This document shows positions 37,401-50,188 of a stretch of 64,000 bases of DNA, in pieces. Numbering within the stretch: the first letter of the stretch is position 1; the number at the start of each line of letters is the position of its first letter. Under the pieces are notes generated by a model. That model saw only the letters and a list, made by a program, of their open reading frames with translations. It had not been told where the DNA came from and did no database searches. The DNA is taken from NCBI GenBank assembly GCA_002633005.1, contig NMRA01000198.1, positions 497,282-561,281 on the forward strand, written 5' to 3'. This DNA comes from Phoronis australis (lineage: Eukaryota; Animalia; Phoronida). Position numbers and translations under genes: made by a program.

Positions 37401-37822
37401 GGTTATGTAGGACCTTATCGACATGCTTGTGCTTTTAGCAAAATTTCTAGAAGATTTTAGATTTTAGCTCAGCAAAAAGTATATGTTTTCTGAAAGTACA
37501 AACCCTGTAGAATTTGATTTTTTGACTTTCAGCCAATCTGTTATTAATTCTGTCGCATGGTCATGTCTTTATAGTAAAATTTAGCAAAAAAGAAATGTAC
37601 ATGGACAGCAAAATAATGATATTAATAACATGATCAAATTTTATTTTTTGATAGCCATCATGCAAAAGTGGAATATTTTAAAAACAATTTCTTACAACAT
37701 TTTTGAGAGCTGTGCATAAAGTATAGTATCTGCAAGTTTCATATGGATCTGGTCAGCCATCTCTGAGTATGATATTCTGAAGTCAGACAAACTTGGCCAT
37801 TTTTTCAGGGTCATACATAGCA
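37401..37822 (+). mobile_element. ~500-bp DNA transposon family, copy
   Basis: GGTTATGTAGGACC ... CAGGGTCATACATAGCA|TTAA; shares internal blocks with the other copies. Confidence 0.6.
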
Positions 37823-38031
37823 TTAAGCAACAAACTTTGCATTCTATTGCACAAAGCTTCAAACTGTGTCTTGATTCGTTTTGATTGTTGTGTGAATTTA
37901 AAACTATTTTTTACAATCCTTAATAAGATAACAGCATTGTTATCCAACTGGTACATCATGAGCAGCCAATCTTTGGTCCAATATGCTATTTCATGAGTTC
38001 TTCACACAATGACAGTTATTCTTTTCAGTTA

Positions 38032-39203
38032 CCTTATTCACCCTAATAAGCGCCCATGCCCCTATAAGTGCCCCCCACACATTTTCAGACTTTGCTAAAA
38101 TAAACGCCCCGTCCATGAACGTGTACATGTGAAAAATGCCTTACCGTATCTACAGTTCTAAAATTCTATAGTAATGTCTTCAACTAATCAACAATAGACA
38201 GTCCTGAAGAAAGTCATTGAGCGTGGAATTTGTAGACCACGAGCCTTGCCGCTATGTCGGTATTTAGCCAGACTATACTCTTCAAACTTCTGCCGTGCTT
38301 CAAAAAGAACGCAAAAGTTTTGCTGATATTGTGAGGAATGTGTCCCACTGTGGCCTGGCCTTTCAGAACAGACACAGCGTACTTGTCAAAGCGATTGCGA
38401 ATGAAATACTAATTAAAAATTGACCTTTGTTAAAAGCATGTGGCCAGGAAGTGCACGTTACATACATGTACTTGTCATCGCAGACATTAGTCGTCGGGAA
38501 CTATCTAATCATGAAACGGGTAGCATAGCATCGGAAAGAAATAAATATTGGCACTAATTTCCAAAAGTTTCTAATACTGTAAAAAACGTTCACATTATTT
38601 TTAGGAGGAATTACTTAATTAATCATAATTGGTGTCTTTAAAAGTAAAAAATTACCCACTGATAGTGAACACTTCCGCACCCTTACACCCCCTGAATTTC
38701 CCGAAATATAACTATTAGACTGTCACGCATCCAGTCACCCAGCGACTCACCAAGACAATTCTCCAATGTTTTTAGCAGATAAGATCAACAAGTGCTAGAT
38801 AAAACACCTTCTGCTTTACTGCTTGTATTAATTTCTTTATTTACAATGCACACCTAGATTGTTACATTGTGTTTACTCTGGCAAATGAACTTTGATGACA
38901 CGCACGCGTTCGCTCACTCATACAGTACGCAGACGAACTTCAAATAAACGTGACGTGACAACAACGTGTGTTCGTCCAGACATTTTTCTTGTGTTGCGCA
39001 GATTTGGACTCAATATGTAGTTAATCCCAAGAAAGTCTGTCGTAGGTTACAGATACGTCACAGGTCGTAAATTTGATGAATCCGTGTTTAAAATTTCACC
39101 CATTTCAGAGACGGGGTTTCAATTGGCTTAGGCTCTAATAAGCGCCTCCCTCCTGAAATGAATTTTTTTTAAGCGCCCTAAACGCTTATTAGGGCGAATA
39201 CGG
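38032..39203. mobile_element. Non-autonomous Tc1/mariner (Tc2/pogo-like) DNA transposon, 1172 bp
   Basis: TIRs CCTTATTCACCCTAATAAGCG / CGCTTATTAGGGCGAATACGG flanked by TA on both sides; subterminal TAAGCGCC-like repeats; no transposase ORF. Confidence 0.8.
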
Positions 39204-39271
39204 TAATTAAAATTTATAGGAAGATAAAAGCGACACCTGTTGTATAAAATAGCCTTCTTTCTACTTTTCAG

Positions 39272-39422
39272 TGCGAGAGCGAGTGTTTATGGAGCGTGAA
39301 GGTCGTCTCAATCGGCGGCGTGGCGCTATGCGCCGGCGTGTTCACCAGATGAATGGACACAAGTTCATGGCCACATCATTTCCACAGCCAACGTTCTGCT
39401 CACTTTGTTCAGACTTTATCTG
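39272..39422 (+). CDS. PRKCE: PKC exon 3 (pseudosubstrate and start of C1A)
   Basis: ttttcag|TG; [50 protein letters not shown]; TG|gtatgt. Confidence 0.92.
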
Positions 39423-40326
39423 GTATGTCAAATGTGTCCTTTATGGGTACTTTATGAGTAAGTGGCGTTCACCATATGGACCCAGTGTCATTAAGGATTC
39501 TCTTTCCTTTATGTTGATTAGTTAGAAACACAAAGAATTTCAACACCAGAGATATATCACCTAAGTATTAACATATCGTGAATGAATTTCAGTCCCGTGT
39601 GTATTTGTTTTTTTAGGAGCAATTCAAAAAAGTGAAGTGCGTAGCCGTTCAACAGTACCAGAAAAGTAATTTAAAACAACTTAATAAATATTCCATATTT
39701 AATTTGAAAACTTTTGATTGCGTGGTGAAAGAGCATCATTTAGACTAGATTAGTTTGTTGGCAAATTCGTTTCATGAAGTTTTTATAATATGTGAAAAGA
39801 AGTAATGGTAAAAGTATTTTAGATTATGCTTAAAATAATAAATACTGTTATTTATTTGAAGTACTCTGGATAAAGTTCCTGTCATAACATTCTCTTAGAC
39901 GAAATGCAAACAGAAAGTTCTTTTAAAAATGCGTAAAACCTTGATTTCTTTTAATACGTATATCCACACTAGAGGTTCATTTGCAACTTTCGGTCATTGT
40001 TCAAAGAGGAAGTCTTCGTGAAAAGAACGAGCCCCTGGGTTTTAGAAGTCCACACATGTAAAAGTTACCTTTGCTCTGGATACAAATTACCTATGGAGTG
40101 ACACTTACTAAAATGTTTTACTACCTTAGTAAGGTGGGCAAAACAGACTGATGTGATTGGACACTCGTGTTGTAACGTTACATCTACGTTAGGCTTTCTA
40201 AGTCTTATAGCAAATAGGAATATCAAAAATGTAATGACTGGAAAACCATGCTACGATGATACACATTGTATATACCCTAAATTTTGTTTAATCAATCTCC
40301 CAACCATCTTTAATTTGCATTTCCAG

Positions 40327-40358
40327 GGGTCTTTGGAAGCAAGGTTATCAGTGCCAAG
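40327..40358 (+). CDS. PRKCE: PKC exon 4 (32-nt mini-exon, C1A)
   Basis: ttccag|G; GLWKQGYQCQ; G|gtgagt. Confidence 0.9.
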
Positions 40359-40883
40359 GTGAGTCTGTTTTATATTTAATTATTGATTGATTTATTTATG
40401 CATGAGTCGGTTGGCTCTTAGTCAGAATGAATTACATTAACCAGTATGTCATGCAAGTTTTAGAAATCTATCAAAAGGACAGAAATCTCACCAATGCAAT
40501 ATCTATAGATGCTTGGCGTCGCGTTTAGTTTGACTGCAATGGGGCATGCCTTTGATTGAGTACTTTGGCGTTAATGTCATAAAAATGTTTCTTACCAGCA
40601 ACCAAGTTATTTCTAAGCTCTGACGTATAGACCAATGGATAAAGGTCATTTATCCCATGTGCGATATTTATGTCGTTCTGTGCTACATAGCGGCGCTGTT
40701 CTTGGGCAAAATATTTTGAATTACAAACCAATTTTTGACCAAGCTGTTGAGGCCCAACATTGTAAGGGTGAGTTTAGGTTGAAGAAAATATTTATTGCAT
40801 TATGAATCTTTAATTGGTATTTTGTTGCTATTCCTTCTCATGATGGCTCGTGAGTCCATATGTGACAAGGTGTCAGTCTTCAC

Positions 40884-40886
<3 letters not shown>

Positions 40887-40921
<35 letters not shown>
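40887..40921. repeat. (GT)n microsatellite
   Basis: ~17 perfect TG units. Confidence 0.97.
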
Positions 40922-40923
<2 letters not shown>

Positions 40924-41007
40924 TTCATTCAATGATTCCTATCTGTCCACCCATGCCGCTATAATAAAATACATACTGCTACGCTTAGCTAATGGGAGAA
41001 TCGATAA

Positions 41008-41023
41008 TCACCAGGTGGCACTA
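41008..41023 (+). promoter_or_regulatory. Candidate CTCF site
   Basis: TCACCAGGTGGCACTA closely matches the CTCF core. Confidence 0.38.
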
Positions 41024-41487
41024 ACGAAGAATTGTGTCTCTTTTCATTTTCCAAATAGACCAAGAGCATAAAGTAAATGATTGACATGCAAGCGTTGGTG
41101 TTAAAGGGTTCTACCTAGTTATTATCTGATTGCAGATATTCCTATGGGTAGGACGCCTTGTTGCACTAGCTCTAACTGGGGACTGTATCATGAAGTGTCT
41201 TAAGACTTCCTCAGAAATTTTGACTTACACTCTCACTTCATAGTCACTTGATCAAGTGTTTGTAATAGTTAACGCATTACTGATTAGAAATTATAAGAAT
41301 TTTTGAACAACTCTACTCGCATTTATGGGTATATTTCAAAGACTCTGTATGTTTGCTCAGGTGAGATAGAATCATTATTCAGGTGTACGGTAGTTGTGTG
41401 GCAGTTGAGACGAAATTTCTGACAAGTCACGGACCCCTTGTGCATTTCGAGTTGCCCATTGTTGAGTGATGTGTGTTCTATTTGCAG

Positions 41488-41570
41488 TGTGCACGTGTGT
41501 TGTTCACAAGCGCTGCCATCAGAACGTTGTGACCAAGTGTCCTGGAGTCAAAGACACTCACTTTGATGAG
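41488..41570 (+). CDS. PRKCE: PKC exon 5 (end of C1A)
   Basis: tttgcag|TG; [28 protein letters not shown]; GAG|gtatat. Confidence 0.9.
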
Positions 41571-41904
41571 GTATATATTTTTGAGTAACCTTATTCTTGG
41601 GGGCGTATTTGACATGAGATTGGGAAACAGGCCTGCACTCCATCCTGGCATCTGCAAGATGCTTCTAATAGGAGCCGGGGCTCTGCTTGAAATTAAGGCA
41701 CTGCCAGAAATGGAAACTGATCAGAAGATGGCTTTGTACGCATCATTGAGCTTTGCTTGTTATAAAATAGAATAAAAAATTGGACTTGTGGCGCAAGCCT
41801 TGCCAGGTTACCTAGGTCGCAAATGGTGCATTGGCAGTCTATTTTAAGTACAATCCCAAGATAAATAAATAACAAGGAATTCCATCGGTTTGTGTTGTTT
41901 GCAG

Positions 41905-42031
41905 ATGACTCAGAGGTTCAACATAAATGTGCCGCATCGATTTCAAGTGCATAACTATAAGAGATTCACAACATGCAACCACTGTGGTTCATTACTCTAT
42001 GGTCTCCGAAGACAAGGGCTTCAATGTGAAG
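41905..42031 (+). CDS. PRKCE: PKC exon 6 (start of C1B)
   Basis: tttgcag|ATG; [42 protein letters not shown]; G|gtatgg. Confidence 0.92.
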
Positions 42032-42585
42032 GTATGGTTCTGGAGAAGTGTAACTTATTTCCTATTGTCCTGCTTGTCTTGCAATGCCAACCAGTTGTTA
42101 TTAGACCTATTCAACCAAAGTGTCCTTGTAGACGCTTAGAATTTTCATCTTAGAAGTGAACTGTTAGCTGCACTGTAGCGCAGTTTAGAAAAATTGTGGG
42201 CGCTGTGCTGTCATTCTGTTCTTTGTTCACATTGACAGTTTACAAGATAAATATTCCTGGTTGGTATGGTGTAATTCTAATCTTGCTTGTTATTCTCAGT
42301 TTTCTAGATTAACATTTAAAGAGGCCGATTTGATTTCTGTGGCGGAATTCGTGTTCAAATTTTCAACACGAATATTGAATTCAGAGGTGGCTGTGATTCA
42401 ACCTGTGGTCTCTTTTGGCACTGCAAGGGAAAATATGCTGTCATGTAATTCTTCTCACCTTTCCATTTACAGTTTGTATATTCTTTAGTGTCGTATAATC
42501 CTGTACTCTCTTTTTATCACGGTATGCAACATGAATATTCTTATAGGTGGTTTGACGTAATTCTGTCTTCTCTTGCTATTTGCAG

Positions 42586-42716
42586 TCTGTAAGATGAATA
42601 TTCATAGGCGTTGTGAGAAGAATGTAGCCAACAACTGCGGTCTGAACACTCGTGACATGGCGCAGCTACTGTCAGAACTAGGCATCAATTGTGATAAACT
42701 TAGCAAGAAAAAGAAG
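42586..42716 (+). CDS. PRKCE: PKC exon 7 (end of C1B)
   Basis: tttgcag|TC; [44 protein letters not shown]; AAG|gttggt. Confidence 0.9.
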
Positions 42717-42997
42717 GTTGGTTGTAAAGACGTGCTGCCATTTTGTTCGTTTTAAGAGAAAACACTTTGCAAAAGGAAGGGTCTCATTCTCTAAAGTTTT
42801 TGATTTTTTGATTTTGTGTCTCATTGTTCCACTCAATTACAGGTGTTTCTTGTGGTCGCAGTATTGTGTGGAAGCTTATCGACGAGAGTATTTTGTTGAT
42901 AGAATTTGAATTTTATGTGAAATTTTGTAGGTTTGATTTTTTAAACAGCCTGCATTTGTCACATCTACCTTGAATGGTGGACTTTTACCTTGCTGTG

Positions 42998-43502
42998 CTT
43001 TACGCTGATCATTTACTGGGGTACAGTTTCATTGGTGCAGTGATTTACTCTGATTATTCACAAGGGTTCATTTTCATTGGTACAGTGATTTACACTGATC
43101 ATTCACTCGGGTACAGTTCCATGGTGTAATGATTTACACTGATCATTCACTAGGGTACAGTTTCATTGGTTCAGTGATTTACACTGATCATTCACTAGGG
43201 TACAGTTCCATGGTTTATTGATTTACACTGATCATTCACTAGGGTACAGTTTCATTGGTGCAGTGATTTACACTGATCATTCGCTAGGGTACAGTTCTAT
43301 TGGTGCAATGTTTTATACTGATCATTCACCAGGGTACAGTTTCAGTGGTGCAGTGACTTACACTGATCATTCATTAGGGTACAGTTTCATTGGTAGAGGG
43401 ATTAACACTGATCATTCACTAAGCTATAGTTCCATTGGTGCAGTGATTAACACTGATCATTCACTAGGGTACAGTTTCAGTGGTGCTGTGATTTACACTG
43501 AT
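42998..43502. repeat. 45-bp minisatellite, ~11 copies (PKC intron 7)
   Basis: Unit TTTACACTGATCATTCACTAGGGTACAGTTTCATTGGTGCAGTGA. Confidence 0.92.
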
Positions 43503-43519
43503 TTACTTTGTGTTTGCAG

Positions 43520-43619
43520 CCTTCATTCAGCGAATCTCCTAATTCAACCTCATCATCACCTAGTAAGGGTTCTAGCGTTCACGAGAGGGCAATGTCCTCA
43601 CCCATACCAATGATACCAG
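43520..43619 (+). CDS. PRKCE: PKC exon 8 (Ser/Pro-rich hinge)
   Basis: tttgcag|CCT; PSFSESPNSTSSSPSKGSSVHERAMSSPIPMIP; G|gtaggt. It bridges phase 0 to phase 1 as required between exons 7 and 9. Confidence 0.8.
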
Positions 43620-44039
43620 GTAGGTCAAATGTCAATCAGCATGTAAGTTAGGCTGTCACTAGTAATGCTCATTTTCTTTTTTTTGTGGTCGTTTTCCTCA
43701 TCTTGCCTTCGGGAAATATATCTGTGTTTATTTTGGGCCCATTTTTGTGAATGTTGTGGAATGCATGACCTATCCAGTTGATATAGTTTACTAAGGAAAT
43801 TCATCCCTAGCAGAAATTTTTTGTTTGTTTGTTTGTTGGATTATTTTATGCGTTGAGCATTGTCCTGAGCTTTAACTAACTGTCTAATCTAGGTAGTTGA
43901 GACTTTCAGATCAGTTTTATTGCAGTTAATTGTCGAAATCAAAAGTTATTGTTTTGACGGAAGACAGGTGCATAGTAATTTTAAATAGTTACATTTCCAT
44001 GTTAAACAAGGCTATGCTATAAGCTGGACATTGTTTCAG

Positions 44040-44197
44040 ATGTGGATGAAAACCCTGAAGAAAGGAGGCAGCTAAACACACTGACGTTGCCACGGTCGCG
44101 TCCGTCATCAGCTGACAGGATACGTAAGAAGGAAGACAAAATTTCCATACACGACTTCAACTTCATTAAAGTGCTGGGCAAAGGCAGTTTTGGCAAG
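44040..44197 (+). CDS. PRKCE: PKC exon 9 (hinge and kinase Gly-rich loop)
   Basis: tttcag|AT; ...KISIHDFNFIKVLGKGSFGK; AAG|gtgtgt. Confidence 0.9.
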
Positions 44198-44774
44198 GTG
44201 TGTTAAGCTTATTTATTAAAGACCCATTTTGCCACGTTTTGCGGCCTTAAGAACGGAAATTGAATTGGGTCTTTTACTCTCGAAAAATGGGTCTCACAAT
44301 ATTCCTTGCTGTGATAGGATTGTATTTCTGTTACCAATTACAGCATCAAAACCATCAGGGACTCAAAAAACACTTCAGGCAACAACAATTCAAGGTCGGA
44401 GTGAGCATGGTGATGTTTTTGGAATCCCAAAGCCTTCAGTTAAGAATTAGCATTGGCCCCAGCTAAACTGTGTTTAACAGCATTTTTATTATGTTGTATC
44501 TTGCATTTGAAACAATGGCCTAATCTCTGCTTTCAAATTAGTAGCACCGTGCTAGTGATTCAATGCCTCTAGCAGCAAAATTAGTCGCGTATCACAATGT
44601 TCAAAGTTCTCTATAAAGATCTATGACCTTTCACCTTTGGCCCACTGTGTACAGTATAAAGTGCACATTGTATTCTTCTAAGTGAATTGAGAGGCTTTTC
44701 GTTGTTGTTGGTGTACTTGCAGTAAATACCACATGTAAAACATTGTTGTGTGAACAGGATTTTATTGCCCATAG

Positions 44775-44978
<204 letters not shown>

Positions 44979-46015
44979 TAGACCAATCATATCGTGTGAA
45001 ATTTGAAAGTTTGCTTAAAGTTTTAAGAAATTTTCCAGTTTTGTCTAGAGTATTGTTTGGTAGCCTTGGGCCAAGGTACAGTACGTTCCAAAAGTATACC
45101 CTGTCAGACAAAATGACCTACAATTCTAAGTCATGACGGCTGTGTGTAAGTGGTATTCATCATCAGACCAAAAATGAAGAGGTATTAACAGGAAAGTTAG
45201 TAAGGTGGCTATTAAGCTATTTTGTAATTTTCCCACCCTCATACTTACTACCAGTAATTTTTGCTGTTAACAGAATTAGCTGTTATGAGGGGAAAATGGT
45301 ATTTTGTCTGATTACTTTTGTCTCGTACTGTATTTCAGTAGTACATTTAGAACAGTATCTGGGTGGAACACTTGCATTGATTGAGGGAATTGGTCATATT
45401 ATTGTGGAGTGAGATATTAAAGCAAAAAAGGTGGAGTTGTAAACAATCTTTCATGTCATTGTGATAGCGGTATGAACATTTAACAAAAAAGCAAAATCAC
45501 TGCAGATAATGTAATTTCTATTGGAAAAAATGTCAAGATTCTCAAAACAAAATTTGTCAGGATTGCCCAAACAAGATTACTGTTATAGCAAAAAATTTAG
45601 TTTAGTCTGTTTAGTACTGCAAGTTGGCCACAACCTTTCTTTCAAACAAGTCTCACTGAAAACAAAAACATGCCTTGAGCTTCATTTTTTGGTGATTTTA
45701 CTGAAAAAATTCAGCCATGTGTTCAAAGAGAGGGTGTATAAAAAATTTTAGGTTTCTATGAAATTCGTCAACATGATAATAGACGTTGTACATTATCTCA
45801 GATTTTACTTTACCCCATAGTAGCAGGTGTTGAGCCAGCCAAGTTTAGTTATTTATGGCAATCAAATGGGAGATTCTTCCTGCACTGTGTCTTATTTTAG
45901 GAAGAAAAAGCAAACAAATAAAAGAAACATGTATATGGGATGAAAAAATGGTAGTTCTCTTAGCCAGTGTCTCACCAAAAGTCTGACGGACAAGTTTAGT
46001 TGGTCTGTCCCATGA

Positions 46016-46375
<360 letters not shown>

Positions 46376-46589
46376 TAACATCCGTATTGTTTCCTTTAAA
46401 GAAAATATTGACTGTCTTTAGTTATCAGATCTGCATTTGATCAATGTTTAAGTATAATTTATATCATGCACTTTCCTTGTGTGAACAAAAAAGTATTAAT
46501 TTCATTTACTGAATTCAATGAAATTCGTGTATTAGGTAAAATTCACATTTGACAAAAAGGAGATATTGTTGCTAGGCTTGTGTACTTAA

Positions 46590-46976
<387 letters not shown>

Positions 46977-47554
46977 TAGTTGCTCGTCTCTACTCTTAAT
47001 TTTAACAGCTCACATGACCTCTATGTAACACAGTTTTTGGTTACATGCCAAATGGTGCCACAATGCATTTATTCACTTTTACTGCTGTAAGTCAGTTGGA
47101 CCACGCTACTGTTGTTACCATTCAAATACATACGTGAGCTCACAGTGTATGTCTGTCATCTGTAGATACCTGGTTGGGTATTTATAGGGGTCTCGTATTT
47201 TGAGAAGCAGCCCATTATTCTGTGGAAAAAACTGGTTCTCAAAATGTGAGACCCCTCTAAGTGACTATTGCTCATGGTTGTGTTCCTGTTTAAGTCACGT
47301 AATCCAACTTCTTTTGTTCCGACTTGACTTTTTCACGAAAAACAAAATCTGATGGAAGTGGCATCATATTTGTTTGACATAGTTTGAGTTTGTTACAATA
47401 TTCCCTCACAATCAAAAGTGTTTTGCATTTTCACCCGACACTAACCTAACCCTAACCAGCTAAAGTCTAACGAGCAAAGGATATTTTTGAAATGTCTGTT
47501 TGCTCATGGTTCTGGTTAACAGTGTTATGACCTGTCTCCCTCATTCCTTTGTAG

Positions 47555-47743
47555 ATCTTACAAGAGTTAGAGTACGATGCATCTGTTGACTGGTGGGCCC
47601 TGGGCGTACTCATGTATGAAATGATGGCTGGCCAGCCTCCTTTTGAGGCGGACAGCGAGGATGACCTGTTTGACTCAATCCTCCACGACGACATTCTCTA
47701 CCCGGTCTGGCTGTCCAGAGAAGCTGTCAACATTCTCAAAGGG
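47555..47743 (+). CDS. PRKCE: PKC exon 13 (kinase C-lobe)
   Basis: tttgtag|ATC; [63 protein letters not shown]; GGG|gtattt. Confidence 0.93.
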
Positions 47744-48245
47744 GTATTTTGTAATTTGTTTCTGTTGGGGTGTTGACAGTCACAGTACTTTCTCTATGAA
47801 GTTTGCACTCTGCCCACGTATTTTCAGTTGATCTGCCTTCCAATCTTGTAACTTCAACTAGCGTTTTGGTTCCCTGTTTTGGCTCCAAAAGTTTATCCTA
47901 ACCTGTTTTGTGCGTATCTTTTTATCAATGAATGTTCTATTTCATTTGTAGATGTGGACCTGACTGATACGAGTTCTGTTGTACTTTACATGTAACACAA
48001 AGGGTCTTACATGGTTTGTTCATGAGACTTATTTCCATGAGGAGTTGAGAAAACAGCAAAAATACAACACATCTGACTTTCTCGGAGCCCCTTGTAGAAC
48101 TCCCAACTTCTCTTAGTCACACGATATTCATCACAATATGCCGACAATACACGGCCGTGTTACAAACTTCAACTTTATCTTTCATTGTAGTTATCTGACT
48201 CAGTTAGGACTGTCTTCTCATCCTGTCTCTCTCTCCTCGTTACAG

Positions 48246-48395
48246 TTTATGACCAAGAACCCTGCCAAGCGGTTGGGCTGTGTAAAGGCGCATGGTGGTG
48301 AGAAAGCAATCCTGGTCCACCCTTTCTTCCAGGACAAGATTGACTGGGAGGCCCTTGAGCAGAAGAAAGTCAAACCTCCATTTAGACCCAAAATT
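48246..48395 (+). CDS. PRKCE: PKC exon 14
   Basis: ttacag|TTT; [50 protein letters not shown]; ATT|gtgagt. Confidence 0.93.
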
Positions 48396-49470
48396 GTGAG
48401 TATATGTTTACAGTGATTCAACAGCTATAGAGGGTGAGCTAGTTGTGCTGTGGTGGAGCACTCGCCTTACATGAGTAGGAGGGTTATTGTTTTGCTGCTG
48501 GCTGAAGTGTCACTAAAGAACCCCATTGAGGTCTCTTCAGAGCAAAGTTTTGACAATGCCCCCTGTGGGGCTCTATTAGAGAACAAAGTTTGACAAGGTG
48601 CTGTGGAGTCCTAGGGATCCTTTTGTGCATTTGGCACATATGTGAAAAATGTGGGCAAGATGTCATAGTTTCAACTTTGTGGCCTTAAAGATAGTTAAAT
48701 ATTTTTTTAAGTTCATCATTTTTCTACTGACTTCTCATGTAATAGCTGAGCTGACGATAAGGTAAAACCTCCTTCAGAATGGTCGACAATACAAGTTCTG
48801 AAAAGTTCTCCAACAGATTCTTCCCAAATAATCACCTCAGGACTCTTTGGATGCAAAACTATGTTGGAAAAATGGACACCATGTCGCCCTCTGTTGGTGC
48901 TTCTGGACAAAGTCCCCCAGGCACACTTTTCACATTTTTTGTAAAAACATTTAAGTTTGAACATGAAAGCATGCTTTTAAATTCTACCTTTGTTACACAA
49001 AGTATATTGCCTTAGTCTCCAGAAACGTGCAAACTATTCACTCACTAAACTAAGTGATATCACGAACAAAGTAAGTAGGCAATGAACTCACCACTGTTTC
49101 TGTCACTTTGTTTATAATGATGGACTACTCTAAAGGGCACTGTATTCAGTTTATAATAGCTTGCTGCTCTAATTGGCATAATTGATTGTATTCTGTTTGT
49201 AATGATAGGCTACTGTAATGGACTTTATATTCTATTTATCAGCATTAAGGTTGGATATATTTCTTTAAAATGGTTATTTTTGATATCATGATCTCAACAT
49301 TCATCCTTTAAGTCTGACTTCGCCGTGTTTGTTCGAGTAACGATTTTTGGCTTTCACTCTCACAGCCTCGCTGGCGCCCCTCTGAAAACCATGATGTTTC
49401 TCTAGCCCTCTTACCAGCTGTATGAAGGATAATGTCCTTCATCTCATCCATGTGTGTGGCCATGTTTCAG

Positions 49471-49641
49471 AAATCTCGTACCGACGCCAACAATTTTGAT
49501 AAGGACTTCACGTCCGAGGAGCCAGTGCTTACCCCTATTGACCACCACGTGGTAAAGGCTATCAACCAAGAAGAGTTCCGTGGTTTCTCCATGGTCAACC
49601 ACGACTATCAGAAATTACAGTTCGCTAATGCCTGCACATGA
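49471..49641 (+). CDS. PRKCE: PKC exon 15 (AGC tail with turn and hydrophobic motifs, stop)
   Basis: tttcag|AAA; [56 protein letters not shown]. The 15 exons total 2160 nt = 719 aa plus stop. Confidence 0.92.
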   Translation, partial: KSRTDANNFDKDFTSEEPVLTPIDHHVVKAINQEEFRGFSMVNHDYQKLQFANACT

Positions 49642-49900
49642 TAATGTTGGTTGGCTAGGCTACAACAACGCTAAACAATTGTTTACATAATATATCTATA
49701 CTCAGATCAGAGATTTGCTGTAGTGCAAGATATGAAGAGATGTGCTTTGATTGCAGTTTCTGGAATTATTCTCAAATTGAGCAAGGTGATGTTATGTTCT
49801 TTGTCCGTTCATAAAATGAATGTGCACTATAAACCTCTAGGCTAATAAGATCTGAACAGCTACTGTTTGCTTCTTAGATGTTCACAAAGATAGCATAATA

Positions 49901-50188
49901 TTCATGAAGTAAATGTGGTATTCATGAAGTGAAAGTGGTGTTCTAGAAGTGACTGTGTTGTTCATGTAGTGAATGATGTTCATGAAGTGAACGTGGTGTT
50001 CTAGAAGTGACTGTGTTGTTCATGTAGTGGCTGATGTTTGTGATGCAAAGGCGGTGTTCGTGAAGTGAACATGGTGTTCGTGAAATGAACGTGGCGTTCA
50101 TGAAGTGAACAATGGTGTTCATGAAGTGAACGTGGTGTTCATGAGTGCAGTGTTCATGTAGCGAATTCGATGTTTGTTCATGAAGTGA
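49901..50188. repeat. Degenerate ~20-bp tandem array in the proximal PKC 3' UTR
   Basis: Unit TTCATGAAGTGAACGTGGTG, ~14 copies, with a 58-bp higher-order duplication. Confidence 0.85.

Noticed and set aside
43218-43613. 131-aa ORF of IYTDHSLGYSFIGAV repeats
   Set aside because: It is a by-product of the intronic 45-bp minisatellite and runs out of frame with the real exon 8
47441-47457. Telomere-like CTAACC/CCCTAA words
   Set aside because: Only about three imperfect units, too short to call an interstitial telomere
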